This document shows positions 9,784 to 20,514 of a stretch of DNA of 64,000 nucleotides, piece by piece (position 1 is the first letter of the stretch; each line of letters starts with the position of its first letter). The stretch is from a virus. Made by a program: the position numbers and the translations under genes. Where the stretch lies: the IMG/VR virus record IMGVR_UViG_3300043786_000977, positions 99,907 to 163,906 of that record, one strand, 5' to 3'. The notes beneath the pieces were generated by a model. The model was not told where the DNA came from and did no database searches. It worked only from the letters and a program-made list of their open reading frames with translations.

Positions 9784-10545
9784 ATGCGTACAACACTGTT
9801 AGACCACGTGACTCAGGCGTGTCTCCATACTAAGGCACGCTTGCCCGCAAGTCGTGCCCTGTTCGATATTATCGAAGGGACCTCACCGAAGTGTCACCAG
9901 TGGGCGACATGGACACGCCCGCTCGATTACACACCGTTACCTGCACACGCGATCGTATGGCCGGATCCTGTGTTCTGTCTGGAGAGTCTGCATTCGGTCG
10001 TCCCTGATCCGTATGGACTCACGCTCGACGTGGGACATACAGGTCTTGGTTTTGATATATGGTTCAGATCACTGGCGTGGTCTATGCCGGGCTTGCTCGT
10101 CTGCCAGCGCAGTCTAGCCAGCTTCGACGTTATCCCGCTTGTCTTGAATACACCCAAACTTAATCTGTGCGTACCCGAGGTACATCTGCAGTACGCGTAT
10201 GAATCAGGTACGGGTTGGACATGGGGCAAGGTAGAAGGTGTCGGTATCAACACGACTATGCACGATTTCATGTTGGGTCTCATGCAACCGCGTGAACAAC
10301 GTGATGTTACGCAGAACGTGAATGACCTCGCCCTTGCGATTGGTCAGTACCTGGGTGCTTACGCACAGTGGATCCGGCAGCCGGGACACTGGCAAGTGGT
10401 ACCAAGTAAGGCGCCTCGTGTGAAAGAAAAGAATGGAGTCGTCAAGAAGGTATACTCGTATGGTTCGGCAGGATACAAAACGTTTATCCCAGATAGGAAG
10501 GAATCCAATGCTTGCAATTCAGCTTGTAATGCCCAGCGAAGGTGA
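9784..10545 (+). CDS. hypothetical protein
   Basis: Start moved to the ATG at 9784, after RBS GGGAGAA, to avoid overlap with the upstream gene. 253 aa. Confidence 0.5.
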   Translation: MRTTLLDHVTQACLHTKARLPASRALFDIIEGTSPKCHQWATWTRPLDYTPLPAHAIVWPDPVFCLESLHSVVPDPYGLTLDVGHTGLGFDIWFRSLAWSMPGLLVCQRSLASFDVIPLVLNTPKLNLCVPEVHLQYAYESGTGWTWGKVEGVGINTTMHDFMLGLMQPREQRDVTQNVNDLALAIGQYLGAYAQWIRQPGHWQVVPSKAPRVKEKNGVVKKVYSYGSAGYKTFIPDRKESNACNSACNAQRR

Positions 10546-10768
10546 TATGGCTCTGTTGAGTCAGGACGGTGGAACGATCTTGCTTCAACCGATCTTTTAT
10601 GGTAATGAGTGTGCCGGTCCCCACCTAAGGGTGGTGGATGTAACGGTGAAGGACGGTAAACCTACCACTGAAATCACCATAAAGGAGCGGTTCAGATTAC
10701 GGATTAAGCCTGACGGAAAACTGGAACTAAAACGCGGACTCACCGCAGAAACCGGGGCACAACCGTGA
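10508..10768 (+). CDS. hypothetical protein
   Basis: ATG at 10508 preceded by AGGAAGGAA. 86 aa. Confidence 0.45.
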   Translation: MLAIQLVMPSEGDMALLSQDGGTILLQPIFYGNECAGPHLRVVDVTVKDGKPTTEITIKERFRLRIKPDGKLELKRGLTAETGAQP

Positions 10769-11073
10769 GTCTGCCAACAATCCAAGAGCTCGGACTCGTA
10801 TCGCTACAGGTACAAGGTACAAAGGAACGTGTACGTGATAAATCAACTTGGGCAGAGTGTGATATTCAACCAGCATCGACTGGATTGCAGATCTTTCCTC
10901 GTAAGTCGTTTGAGGATAGTCAACAATGGGATCCTCAAACACTTGACCTTGTAAAGGAAATATGCGGTAGAGCAACCGATCTGGGCTATGATGCCTGGAT
11001 GTGTAACAACGATCCGATCAATGGCGGATTTATTCAGGAGAAAAAAGATGAAGATGAACGTACGGCTAAATAA
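10765..11073 (+). CDS. hypothetical protein
   Basis: 102 aa ORF. ATGA overlap with the upstream gene. Confidence 0.5.
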   Translation: MSLPTIQELGLVSLQVQGTKERVRDKSTWAECDIQPASTGLQIFPRKSFEDSQQWDPQTLDLVKEICGRATDLGYDAWMCNNDPINGGFIQEKKDEDERTAK

Positions 11074-11503
11074 TATGCCTCCGGGTGATATCAGAGAAAC
11101 GCCACACGAACTCGCTGTAATGGCGCAGACGGTGGCGACCAAGTTAGCTGAACTGATGCGAATCCACGGTATACGGGTACTGGAAGCACGCGTCACTCAA
11201 ATAGGTTCACGCAGTATCTTGCGTAAATCATATAGTGGTATGGTTACTGAACCGCCACAGGCGTATGTTGATATACGTGATGCCACAGTGGCCACATTGA
11301 CTGACTATATGTCGCTCTTTGGCATTACCATGATCGAACTCGTGCCCTCTGATGATGATGTTAAGGTAATCAAAGCCACGTGGGATAACGTTCAGGAACA
11401 GGCCGAGCTGGCGCGTCAGACAAGTACTGCCGCGGCAAAGACTGCTCCTACAGTTGATCCAACCATGACGCCCGTCACACCCCCGGTACGCGCACCTGTA
11501 TGA
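11048..11503 (+). CDS. hypothetical protein
   Basis: ATG at 11048 preceded by AGGAGA. 151 aa. Confidence 0.5.
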   Translation: MKMNVRLNNMPPGDIRETPHELAVMAQTVATKLAELMRIHGIRVLEARVTQIGSRSILRKSYSGMVTEPPQAYVDIRDATVATLTDYMSLFGITMIELVPSDDDVKVIKATWDNVQEQAELARQTSTAAAKTAPTVDPTMTPVTPPVRAPV

Positions 11504-11832
11504 CGCCACAATGGTCAGAATACCAACGAACACAGGTGGGTAAGATTTACGACACTCTTGCCCGCCTGTTGCCCGTAGAAGGGCGTGATTACACAATCAC
11601 GTTTACGTTCGCGGAGTCCGGTGCACCCCATATAGTAATGCATGGTATCACCCCCTTTGGTAAGTTGTGGACAGACCACTGCATGACGACGATGCGTGCC
11701 ACACTCGGAACTAAGGATCGTGCTAAAGCGGTTGAACCTGCATCGCCTGGAGAAGTAGACCGCCCCACAATAGTGTTCGCTCCGCCACCCATGATACCGT
11801 CGGCAGGTCCATTACCACATATGGTGCTTTGA
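11500..11832 (+). CDS. hypothetical protein
   Basis: 110 aa ORF. ATGA overlap. Confidence 0.5.
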   Translation: MTPQWSEYQRTQVGKIYDTLARLLPVEGRDYTITFTFAESGAPHIVMHGITPFGKLWTDHCMTTMRATLGTKDRAKAVEPASPGEVDRPTIVFAPPPMIPSAGPLPHMVL

Positions 11833-11873
11833 ACATCTGATACGAATAATCGCTACTAAACAAAAAGGATCAC

Positions 11874-12497
11874 ATGAGTGACACACCTGAACAAATCCCT
11901 GAAATCCCGACGTCCGGACCAGAAGCTGCACCGAAACCCATTCGTTTGGAGAGTGCCGCTGTGATTGAGTGGCTTGATGCCGAAGGTAAACCAACCAACG
12001 CGGAGCGTTGTCTGCGCAGTACTGCGGAGTTGTTACGCTTCCTCGTTGAGAAGATTAATACCGGCATCGACCTGAAGACGCAGGTACGTATTACGGTCCC
12101 GACAGTAGGGGACAAAGACGCGGACGGCCAAACAACGTGCCTACACGTGGCCGAAGGTCCGCTGGAAGAAGTCATGCAACGCCTGCAGGACAGCACGCTT
12201 ACACCGCCGTTGGCCTTGTTTGACCTACAGCGCCGCGTCGAGTTCATGGCCGGACATAGTGCGTTGAAGGGTATCATCATCACGGCTATATTCGGCGACA
12301 GTGAAGTTGGTGGTTTCGGCTATATCTCGACGTTGTCCACTGTGACTGCTGCAGATATCACTGCACTGGGTGATGCTGCTACCAACCAGGCAACGCTATT
12401 CAAGGATCAGATGAAGAAGCGCGATCCGGAACTTAAGTTCGCCACTGACGAAGAAAAGAATCCGATTATCCTACCTCCGCGTTTTCGTAGGGGATAA
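11874..12497 (+). CDS. hypothetical protein
   Basis: 207 aa ORF, RBS AAAGGA. Confidence 0.55.
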   Translation: MSDTPEQIPEIPTSGPEAAPKPIRLESAAVIEWLDAEGKPTNAERCLRSTAELLRFLVEKINTGIDLKTQVRITVPTVGDKDADGQTTCLHVAEGPLEEVMQRLQDSTLTPPLALFDLQRRVEFMAGHSALKGIIITAIFGDSEVGGFGYISTLSTVTAADITALGDAATNQATLFKDQMKKRDPELKFATDEEKNPIILPPRFRRG

Positions 12498-12502
12498 TTA
12501 CG

Positions 12503-12895
12503 ATGAAATACATGGTGGCTGCGATCCCAGACCAACGGGGTCTCGTAGAGGCGCGGTACAAACTGGCGGGTGCCGGGGAGCCGGTAATACCGTGGTTCCC
12601 CGCACCACCCCGCAACGTATTCTTGTCCCTGGTAAGTTGGAACTTTGCCGACTACGCCAGGGTAACAGAGAGTACATTCAACCTGGATAAGTTCGTGGGG
12701 GACCTGGCTGCACAGTACCCGGGTCTCCCACGCTGTTTGCACGAACGTTATGTTCTGGAGACCGCCACAGTTGCGGGACAACTACCTGTCGGGACGTTGG
12801 TCCGAACTATTGTTGAACTCAATACAACTTATATACAAGTCCATAATACAACGACCATATTCACGTTGTGGACACAACAGCCTATAAAAGGGTAG
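12503..12895 (+). CDS. hypothetical protein
   Basis: 130 aa ORF. Confidence 0.5.
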   Translation: MKYMVAAIPDQRGLVEARYKLAGAGEPVIPWFPAPPRNVFLSLVSWNFADYARVTESTFNLDKFVGDLAAQYPGLPRCLHERYVLETATVAGQLPVGTLVRTIVELNTTYIQVHNTTTIFTLWTQQPIKG

Positions 12896-12899
12896 ACAG

Positions 12900-13328
12900 A
12901 TGAGTATCGAAACTAAGACCATTCACAATGACGAATTACGCGTGCTGACAGACCTCCTGACAATACTGACGCCAGAGACAACGGACATGGATCCCCTCAA
13001 GTTGACCGTGCTATTACGCCGCGCCGAGGTGTTCCTTGCTGACTGGCGCACGCACCTGCGCACGGAGGCCAACAGCGCCTATGTTCAGTTGCAGGGCTCT
13101 AAGCCCGATCAACGGACATGGCCGATCGAGGACTTGGCGCTCCTGACAAACTATACGCCGGCCGGTAGTTGGTCTTATCCTCCTGACATCGTTAAACTGA
13201 TAGGCGAGGTTAAGGCCAAGCAAGAACTCGCCAAGCAGCAGAAGACAGCCACGATGGTGGCGGCGCCCCGTCCCGATCCGACACAAGTGGCGCTATTCGC
13301 AATCAGTCTCAAGGACACACCCGCATGA
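12900..13328 (+). CDS. hypothetical protein
   Basis: 142 aa ORF. Confidence 0.5.
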   Translation: MSIETKTIHNDELRVLTDLLTILTPETTDMDPLKLTVLLRRAEVFLADWRTHLRTEANSAYVQLQGSKPDQRTWPIEDLALLTNYTPAGSWSYPPDIVKLIGEVKAKQELAKQQKTATMVAAPRPDPTQVALFAISLKDTPA

Positions 13329-14350
13329 GTGACCGACGCCGACTTATGGATATGCCAAGGGACCATTTGATTCATGTGGTCCCCCAGCTTCGTATTTCCG
13401 GCGTCCTGTCTATGCTATGTGACTCAGTACAGGTGCTCACGGGGTATCGGCATACGCTGGTACACGCGACACCTGTTACTGCGCCCCTGGACGAAATCAT
13501 AACACTCTTGCAGTTCTATGGTTTCGACGTACTGCAGACAGACACGATCACACCTGCACAGATTAACGAGTTACAAGGATCGGGCATGATCGTTTACGGG
13601 ACACAGGGTGCTAATATGACAGGGTTGGGCCGTATGTTGCCGTCGATCTACTACGCCTACGGAAACTACGACCCTAAGATAGAGCCTGACATTGTGGTAC
13701 CTTGTTCACCGTATGCAGCACGTGTTGCGTATGATGGGACACCGTTAAAGTTAGATGAACGGGATGCTATTATGCCGTTCGTGGATAGTCGCGGATATCG
13801 ACAGATGGCTGGAGCTCCGGCTTTGTTTACAGTTGGGATATTTTCGAGCAACGAACACGAAAAGTATCCGTACAACCTTGTACGCACACTAGTCAAGCGC
13901 TGGCCGGACAACATGCGTCTGCTGGTGACCACGCCGCCCATTGTAGATCCTGAGCTAAAGGCAGATCTGACACGGCTCGGTTCCCGTGTTGTCCTCTGTT
14001 CACCGCGGCCTATTGGTGCGTTACTGTACACCGTACAGATCGACGTGCTGATCCACGCTACTGCGCCCGGTTACCACGATCCTTATGGGCGTACTGCTGT
14101 GGAGGCATTAGCTCTAGGTAAAGCTGTGTTATGTGAACGTCGCGGACACTTGAGTGAGGTGTTGACCGATAAAATTAACACAGTGATGTACGATACGCCT
14201 GATGAAGCGTTAGAACTTGTTAAGTGGTTGCATGCTCACGACAGTGCGCGTACACAACTCGCCGCTAGTGGTCAGATGTGGGCGTCGTGGCAGGATCTAA
14301 GCACGGCGACACTAAAACTACAACGCACATTAAGATATATCGGTGCATGA
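13325..14350 (+). CDS. glycosyltransferase (GT-B, family 1/4-like)
   Basis: C-terminal VLIHATAPGYHDPYGRTAVEALALGKAVLCE matches the EX7E-like nucleotide-sugar binding region of GT1 enzymes. Confidence 0.5.
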   Translation: MSDRRRLMDMPRDHLIHVVPQLRISGVLSMLCDSVQVLTGYRHTLVHATPVTAPLDEIITLLQFYGFDVLQTDTITPAQINELQGSGMIVYGTQGANMTGLGRMLPSIYYAYGNYDPKIEPDIVVPCSPYAARVAYDGTPLKLDERDAIMPFVDSRGYRQMAGAPALFTVGIFSSNEHEKYPYNLVRTLVKRWPDNMRLLVTTPPIVDPELKADLTRLGSRVVLCSPRPIGALLYTVQIDVLIHATAPGYHDPYGRTAVEALALGKAVLCERRGHLSEVLTDKINTVMYDTPDEALELVKWLHAHDSARTQLAASGQMWASWQDLSTATLKLQRTLRYIGA

Positions 14351-14362
14351 ATATATGCACAC

Positions 14363-15352
14363 ATGAAGTATTGGATACGCCGGTTACGCACGATACCAAT
14401 CTTACCGTCGGTATGCCTGGATGGATCATATTCCATCACTTATACCGACATAGATGGCAGAAAGTCCAATAGAGTTATGCAGTTATTGAAACCATCGTCG
14501 GATCGTAAGACACGTTCTTATGATAGTCAGAAGAACACGTTCGGGTTGTTGCCTGGACCAGAAGGTACATGTCCTGGAGCGACTGCAGCCGCAAAGGGTT
14601 GTTGGTTCAAGGCGCCGGGACGCAAAACGAGTACATGTTATGTCGATAACATAATGCGGCTCTACAAAGGTGTATACGGTATTCTGGAGTACAATACACG
14701 TGTACTACGCGAAGCCGCAGCATCAGCGACACCGATTCAGAGCATGGTAGAAATACTCGATGCCGAATTCACACGATTCAAAGATGCAGAGACGAAGCAT
14801 CAAGCCAAAACAGCTGAACCACTGAGTCTGAACTACAGACTTCATTGGGCTGGCGACATATTCAATACGGATTATGCTCAGGCCTTGCATCAGGCAATGG
14901 TCAAGCATCCAGAGATCCACTTTTGGAACTATACGAGATCCTTTTTCGCAGTTCCATACATAATCAACACACCCAACCTGATCCAATATCTTTCCCTAGA
15001 TCCAGTGAACATTACAGAAGGGCTCATCACATATACCGATTGTAACGGCCCGAACAACCCACGATTGCAGCTGTGTTACATGGGACGCGATGAGCCCTCT
15101 GACACAGCACCATTGAAACACTTACCCTATGACAACTTTGAACAAATGCGACAACACACTTTCGAGATACTTACGGCGCGTAATGACGTGCGTAAAATGC
15201 TTGGTCAATCTGTTAAGCAGATTAACTGGCTGGCACAACTGCGTTTCAGCGCGTGTCCAGTCGATATTGGTAAAATCAAACTGGAAAACGGTTGTGTCAA
15301 CTGTAAGCGTTGCACCACCGCAGGTACGGAACCCGTGTGGTTTGCGTCATGA
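14363..15352 (+). CDS. hypothetical protein
   Basis: 329 aa ORF. Confidence 0.5.
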   Translation: MKYWIRRLRTIPILPSVCLDGSYSITYTDIDGRKSNRVMQLLKPSSDRKTRSYDSQKNTFGLLPGPEGTCPGATAAAKGCWFKAPGRKTSTCYVDNIMRLYKGVYGILEYNTRVLREAAASATPIQSMVEILDAEFTRFKDAETKHQAKTAEPLSLNYRLHWAGDIFNTDYAQALHQAMVKHPEIHFWNYTRSFFAVPYIINTPNLIQYLSLDPVNITEGLITYTDCNGPNNPRLQLCYMGRDEPSDTAPLKHLPYDNFEQMRQHTFEILTARNDVRKMLGQSVKQINWLAQLRFSACPVDIGKIKLENGCVNCKRCTTAGTEPVWFAS

Positions 15353-15636
15353 GAGTTACACCTCGTTCAGCCGTTGTACATGTACTTGACATGCTCATCC
15401 TGGCCAAACGGCCTTGTACAGCGGTTGAACTTGGTAGACTTAGCCGGCGCCTCGCACGTCGTATTAATACAACTGAACGACAGCAGCGAGCACTTGATCG
15501 GCGGTGTCTCACGCGACCCTTGCGGTTATTACGTGAACATGGTCTAATAGAACGTCTACCAAATCCGCCGCCCTATGTCTATGTCCCCACAGATTATGGG
15601 CGTAAGTGGTTAATCGATAAGAGGCATTTACCGTGA
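15349..15636 (+). CDS. small winged-helix-like DNA-binding protein (putative)
   Basis: ATG at 15349 overlaps the upstream stop (ATGA). Contains RPCTAVELGRLSRRLARRIN...LLREHGLIER, which is HTH-like. Confidence 0.4.
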   Translation: MRVTPRSAVVHVLDMLILAKRPCTAVELGRLSRRLARRINTTERQQRALDRRCLTRPLRLLREHGLIERLPNPPPYVYVPTDYGRKWLIDKRHLP

Positions 15637-16502
15637 TCCTTATTCATTACAGCCAAAATGGCATGAAGCGAACTGCAGACTTGACCGATCTATACAGCGG
15701 TCAAACGGCCATGCTTGTCGGCGGCGCACCGTCCTTAAAAACACAGGCACTCAACCTGTTGGCACAGCGCGGCGTCCTCACGATGGCCATGAACAATGCC
15801 GGTATGCACTTTCAGTCTAGTTTATGGTGTGGCGTAGATAGACCCGAATGTTACGAACCCCAACTGATGTTGGATCCACGTATCATTAAGTTCGGTAATA
15901 TAGCGCACGCTGAGACGCAACTGAATGCCAGCTACGGTAATCGTAAATTCAGACAGATGCCTAATATGTACTTCTACCTGCTCGAAGAGCGTGTTCCTTG
16001 GGCCGAATTACTATCGGTCAGACGCGCAATTCCCTGGTATAACAACACGCTATTCACATCCATTTGTATCTTGTATCATTTGGGTGTAAGACGTATAATA
16101 TTAGCCGGTTCTGATTTCTCAAGCGGTTATGCACATAACACGATTCTGACATCACTGGAGCAGAAGTGGAATGCTGATCTGTACAATAGTCAAGTACATG
16201 AATTACGTAGATTCAAGCCCATATTCGATAAAGCGGGTCTTGAATTCTTTGACTGTTCCGTCAATAGTCGTGTCGCACAAGTGTACAAGAAAATTACAAT
16301 GGAAGAGGCTGTGGAGTTATGCCTCAGTAGTTTTCCGCAGGTACGCCTGGATTCAACCCAGTTACCTCATTGCTCAAAGTTTGCTAATACAACGATTCAG
16401 GACCAGATTGCAAAGTGGCCCGGCTACAAACTCGTTCAAGGCGAGACTGAGCCAGTACCGCAACCGAACATAACGAATGAAGAACGACGAACTGTCGTGT
16501 AA
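15633..16502 (+). CDS. hypothetical protein
   Basis: 289 aa ORF. Confidence 0.5.
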   Translation: MILIHYSQNGMKRTADLTDLYSGQTAMLVGGAPSLKTQALNLLAQRGVLTMAMNNAGMHFQSSLWCGVDRPECYEPQLMLDPRIIKFGNIAHAETQLNASYGNRKFRQMPNMYFYLLEERVPWAELLSVRRAIPWYNNTLFTSICILYHLGVRRIILAGSDFSSGYAHNTILTSLEQKWNADLYNSQVHELRRFKPIFDKAGLEFFDCSVNSRVAQVYKKITMEEAVELCLSSFPQVRLDSTQLPHCSKFANTTIQDQIAKWPGYKLVQGETEPVPQPNITNEERRTVV

Positions 16503-16516
16503 GGTAGGAGAATATA

Positions 16517-17098
16517 ATGCTAGAACCAAAACACATTGTGAAACTGCAATTGGATCACGTACGACTTGCTGTACATCAGACAATGCCGCAGCCGAGGTAC
16601 GTGAACAAACCGTTGATCGGGCAGTTTACTACGTTGAGTGATACAATATTGACGAGTTTGCTTCAGATTGATCCTGAGGCATTCCGCCAGCAGTTGGAGT
16701 TAGCGCGTCAGTATGGCACCACTTATCTGACTGAGGATTCAGAGAAGCGTCCGATAGGGATTACGGCTACGACGTCACTGATAAAATCAGGTACTGTAAT
16801 AACGAAGAGTTTGATAGTGCCTCAGGACTTTCTTAAGTTCGATCGTCGTCTATCTGATCACCTGATCGTAGGCGTATTTGTACGGGGCCATGTAGATCAA
16901 GCAAGTGGCTTGTTGGCCTACGACGATTCAGTAGAGGTTGCAGGTTGGGCAACTTCGAGAGATATTCAACACATGCAGGCCATTGCACCGCCACCGACAT
17001 TCCAATCGAAGTTGCGCGTGCTAACGGTACCGTGTACAGCGTTACGCCCGATCAATACGCTACTACAACGGTTAATGACCGATAATCTAGTAGTTTAA
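16517..17098 (+). CDS. hypothetical protein
   Basis: 193 aa ORF, RBS GGTAGGAG. Confidence 0.5.
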   Translation: MLEPKHIVKLQLDHVRLAVHQTMPQPRYVNKPLIGQFTTLSDTILTSLLQIDPEAFRQQLELARQYGTTYLTEDSEKRPIGITATTSLIKSGTVITKSLIVPQDFLKFDRRLSDHLIVGVFVRGHVDQASGLLAYDDSVEVAGWATSRDIQHMQAIAPPPTFQSKLRVLTVPCTALRPINTLLQRLMTDNLVV

Positions 17099-17110
17099 CC
17101 TGGGGGTAAT

Positions 17111-17998
17111 ATGAAACTTGTTGAATATAACTTCAACTGTGCATCACGGTCCGATGAATTCACTTTCTACGTACTTGGCGACGTACATGTTGGCGCGTCC
17201 AACTGTGCCGAGGATAAGTTACAGCGGATCGTAACACGGATCAAGAACGAGCCTAACGCCTATTGGTTTGGCGGCGGCGATATGTGTGATGCCGTAATCC
17301 TGGGCGATGCTAAACGGTTTGATCCGTCAACATTACCTGACTGGTTACTGAAGGGGCGTGACCCGCAGGAGGTTAGGCATAATCTCACGGACATTCTGGA
17401 CGCACAGAAGCGTAGATTATTCAAATTCCTGGCGCCTATCAAAGATAAGTGTTTAGGTCTGATAGAAGGCAACCACGAATACACGATCATGAAGCACCAC
17501 AACCGTGACTTCATGCAAGAACTGTGTAAACACTTCAATGTGATAAACCTGACAGACTGTGCGTTTATGCGATTCAAGTTTAAGCGCACGACCGGTTGTA
17601 ATGCGGTAGCCGTTGTCCGTGCCTTCATAAGTCACGGGCACGGTGGTGGGCGGACGTCTGGGGCAGAACCCAATAACCTGTACAGGTTGGCAGCCGACAA
17701 GGAATGCGAGATCATCCTGAAAGGGCACTCCCATTCATTCTGTATCCACCCGCCGATTCCCATGCTGTCAATACCTGCACGCGGTGACCTTCCGGCCAAT
17801 CCGATAGTATACGACAAACACGCAGCCAATTGGGGCAGCTACGTCTACACGTATCAGACCGGACCATCCACGTATGCAAGCAGGGCAAACTACCCAGTGC
17901 GCCCGATGTATACGTGTCAGGTAAAAGTAAAGCCACATCATATGACAAGCCAGAAGACGTTACAACCTCAGATTGAAATGAATGCCATACGACTATGA
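17111..17998 (+). CDS. calcineurin-like metallophosphoesterase
   Basis: Motifs GDVHVG, GGGDMCD and GNHEY. Confidence 0.7.
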   Translation: MKLVEYNFNCASRSDEFTFYVLGDVHVGASNCAEDKLQRIVTRIKNEPNAYWFGGGDMCDAVILGDAKRFDPSTLPDWLLKGRDPQEVRHNLTDILDAQKRRLFKFLAPIKDKCLGLIEGNHEYTIMKHHNRDFMQELCKHFNVINLTDCAFMRFKFKRTTGCNAVAVVRAFISHGHGGGRTSGAEPNNLYRLAADKECEIILKGHSHSFCIHPPIPMLSIPARGDLPANPIVYDKHAANWGSYVYTYQTGPSTYASRANYPVRPMYTCQVKVKPHHMTSQKTLQPQIEMNAIRL

Positions 17999-18345
17999 GA
18001 CCTAAACTTAGTACGATAACTAAGCGATCTACACCACACAAGATGCCACGCAGTCGGACAAAAAAGCCGGCGACTAATGAGCGCCTTGTGCTGGTGTATG
18101 CGGGGTTAAGTACCGCTTTCCGTGTGTGTGAATTCAATAACTGGGCCACGATGGCTCAGTTCATAGCACGTAATAAGCTTACCAAGGATGAGTTCATGGT
18201 ACTTCAGGGTACCATTGTCAGTGTGACCGCAGCATACAGAGATAGACTAAACCACCCGGTCGATCTGATCGACGTGGACGTACTGGAGGATATGAATGCA
18301 GAAACCAAAGTGGCCGACCCGGAAGCGTCGCCAGGCGATGATTGA
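17995..18345 (+). CDS. hypothetical protein
   Basis: 116 aa ORF. Confidence 0.5.
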   Translation: MRPKLSTITKRSTPHKMPRSRTKKPATNERLVLVYAGLSTAFRVCEFNNWATMAQFIARNKLTKDEFMVLQGTIVSVTAAYRDRLNHPVDLIDVDVLEDMNAETKVADPEASPGDD

Positions 18346-18619
18346 TGCTGTGGAGGCATGGGCACAAGACAACGACACTACAGTAATGCTTATCGGTACT
18401 GATGATGATAATGTTGACTACGCTCCTGCGATAATCGGTGTCACACACGAACCCCGTATGGCAGTCGTGTACAGCATGTCCAAGTTGATTGCCTGCTTTA
18501 TGCACGTAAATAAATGGTCGCACGAGACCGCGACGGAGTGGGTAGATTTCAACGTAGTCCGTTCTCTACCTTACTACGGCAACAACGGACCGATATTAGT
18601 GGAGGATCTGGATGTCTGA
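18296..18619 (+). CDS. hypothetical protein
   Basis: GGAGGA 5 nt upstream of the ATG at 18296. 107 aa. Confidence 0.45.
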   Translation: MQKPKWPTRKRRQAMIDAVEAWAQDNDTTVMLIGTDDDNVDYAPAIIGVTHEPRMAVVYSMSKLIACFMHVNKWSHETATEWVDFNVVRSLPYYGNNGPILVEDLDV

Positions 18620-19394
18620 TAACGAGTCACCACCTAACCATATCGCAGAAGCCGTTGCGAGGCTAATGCAAACACACGTAGCACTAACCAATGCCATAAT
18701 AGGCACGGCAAACTGTTTGGCAGGTGGCCTGTTACAATTGCGCGCCCACGAACGTGGGATCGAAGGGCACGATGACATCGTTGTCATTATCAAAGATGAG
18801 TTGATGGCAACAGTGAAGACCATATATTCAGATGCCCTCGACTGCCTGACCAGTGGTGTGACGTCTAAAGATACGCAGGTCTTACAGGCGCAGTACACGG
18901 CTATGTGTGCCGTACCTATACGGGACCGCCTGGTAGCAGTGGTTACCAGGTATAAACCTGCCTTCAAGAAATCTAAGGCTGTACCGGCGATTATGGATGC
19001 GTACTTATATAATCTGGCACAGTCATTAGATTCAGATATCAAAGCTATCATGACCTTGTTCGCGGTGTCGCTCTACGCATCTGAAGTAGGTGCAATCGAA
19101 AACGCAAAAGATTCACTACCCGAGATCGTGAAACAGAGCATTAATGACGGTATGCCGTATATCGAAGGCGAGATTGATAAGGTATTTGACCTGGTATCAC
19201 CTGAGTTGGATGCCATTGCTCAACTCGAGCACCAGATGTTTGAACAACTCGTAGGCGACGGTATCTCCGAGTCAGATGCCTTGGTAACGATTCATAAACA
19301 GACAGGCGATCGGGTACGCGCACTCTTGTTTGAAAACGGGGCGCCTGACAACGACGAGAGTGCCGGGACCATCAACATCAACGATACGGAATAA
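18612..19394 (+). CDS. hypothetical protein
   Basis: 260 aa ORF. Confidence 0.5.
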   Translation: MSDNESPPNHIAEAVARLMQTHVALTNAIIGTANCLAGGLLQLRAHERGIEGHDDIVVIIKDELMATVKTIYSDALDCLTSGVTSKDTQVLQAQYTAMCAVPIRDRLVAVVTRYKPAFKKSKAVPAIMDAYLYNLAQSLDSDIKAIMTLFAVSLYASEVGAIENAKDSLPEIVKQSINDGMPYIEGEIDKVFDLVSPELDAIAQLEHQMFEQLVGDGISESDALVTIHKQTGDRVRALLFENGAPDNDESAGTININDTE

Positions 19395-19523
19395 CAGCAA
19401 CAACGGCGCAGTGACATCGCGGGACAAAACAAGCACAAGTTCGACGTAACAGCGTGCAGGGGATTGGCGTCTCGATAACGATATCACTGCGACATCCGAA
19501 AAACCCAATCCCCTTCTATTTAA

Positions 19524-19560
19524 GGTCCTGGCAGTGATCCTGTCAGGACCTTCTTACTTT
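19524..19560 (+). terminator. rho-independent terminator
   Basis: Hairpin ggtcctg...caggacc followed by ttcttacttt. Confidence 0.5.
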
Positions 19561-19744
19561 GGGAGACATTATGGCTATCAAAGTCAAAAAATTGAGAAAG
19601 TGGCTGGATTCACTTAACGGAAAAAAAGTAGCTATCAACGAAGATGGATCATGTCTTGTTGAGCTCAACACCAATGATGCACAAACAGACGCTTATCTGG
19701 AAGTAGGCGGTATTCCAGATACCGAGGAGGATGAAGATGCCTAA
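19559..19744 (+). CDS. hypothetical protein
   Basis: 61 aa, RBS GGGAGA. Confidence 0.45.
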   Translation: MGDIMAIKVKKLRKWLDSLNGKKVAINEDGSCLVELNTNDAQTDAYLEVGGIPDTEEDEDA

Positions 19745-19991
19745 GATTCATATAGGTTACGTTATTGTATGTCGTGGTTACCCACCTGACAGTAATCCCT
19801 ACAAGGGTAGTTCTGCAGGTCTGTCATTGTTAGGGCAAGAACGTCGGCTAGCTTTGCGCGGGTTTATGAATGGGGATGCAACAGAAGATTATACATTCTG
19901 GTATGCCCCCTGTCACGGTGGTGCGCGCTTATGTACCCGGGATGAAGTTAACTGGGATGCGAGCGATCTTAAATTAAAAGACAAGGAATAA
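19731..19991 (+). CDS. hypothetical protein
   Basis: 86 aa, RBS GAGGAGGA. Confidence 0.45.
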   Translation: MKMPKIHIGYVIVCRGYPPDSNPYKGSSAGLSLLGQERRLALRGFMNGDATEDYTFWYAPCHGGARLCTRDEVNWDASDLKLKDKE

Positions 19992-20005
19992 GGGAGAAAC
20001 TAAAC

Positions 20006-20371
20006 ATGCGAAAAGCGTGTCTTGAATGTGTGTACAAACACTTAGGTGATGCAGCCATATGGGAGATCGAATATCACCTAGGGTATCCGGGATTCAAACT
20101 CTACATCGTCGGAAGTCTGAATCACGCCTCACACGAGGCATATGCAGCGAATAAGGAACTAGCATGGTTACTACGTGAACATCGCATTAACTGGTGGGCG
20201 GACCCTAACAACTACCGTGTACCCTACGAGGCCTTAGCTGCGTATGTGGCCATCTGCCTACAGGTACCTGAAGGTGACGCCATGCCGGGACTACCCGAGG
20301 ACTGTGTTGCTGGAATAGCACCTACTATGAGCGGCCGGATTGTCTATAGTATGGACACACGTCCTGACTAA
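20006..20371 (+). CDS. hypothetical protein
   Basis: 121 aa, RBS AAGGGAGAAA. Confidence 0.5.
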   Translation: MRKACLECVYKHLGDAAIWEIEYHLGYPGFKLYIVGSLNHASHEAYAANKELAWLLREHRINWWADPNNYRVPYEALAAYVAICLQVPEGDAMPGLPEDCVAGIAPTMSGRIVYSMDTRPD

Positions 20372-20514
20372 ATAATGACACCCTACACGTTATAACAAAT
20401 GTGTCGGGATTGGTTTACTTTCTGTCGCGGTAAGGAGCCGTGACGTAGAAGTAGATCATACCCGGTGTAAATTGTATTTAGCGTCTAGAGGGCGCTACAA
20501 AGGAGAACGGCAGT

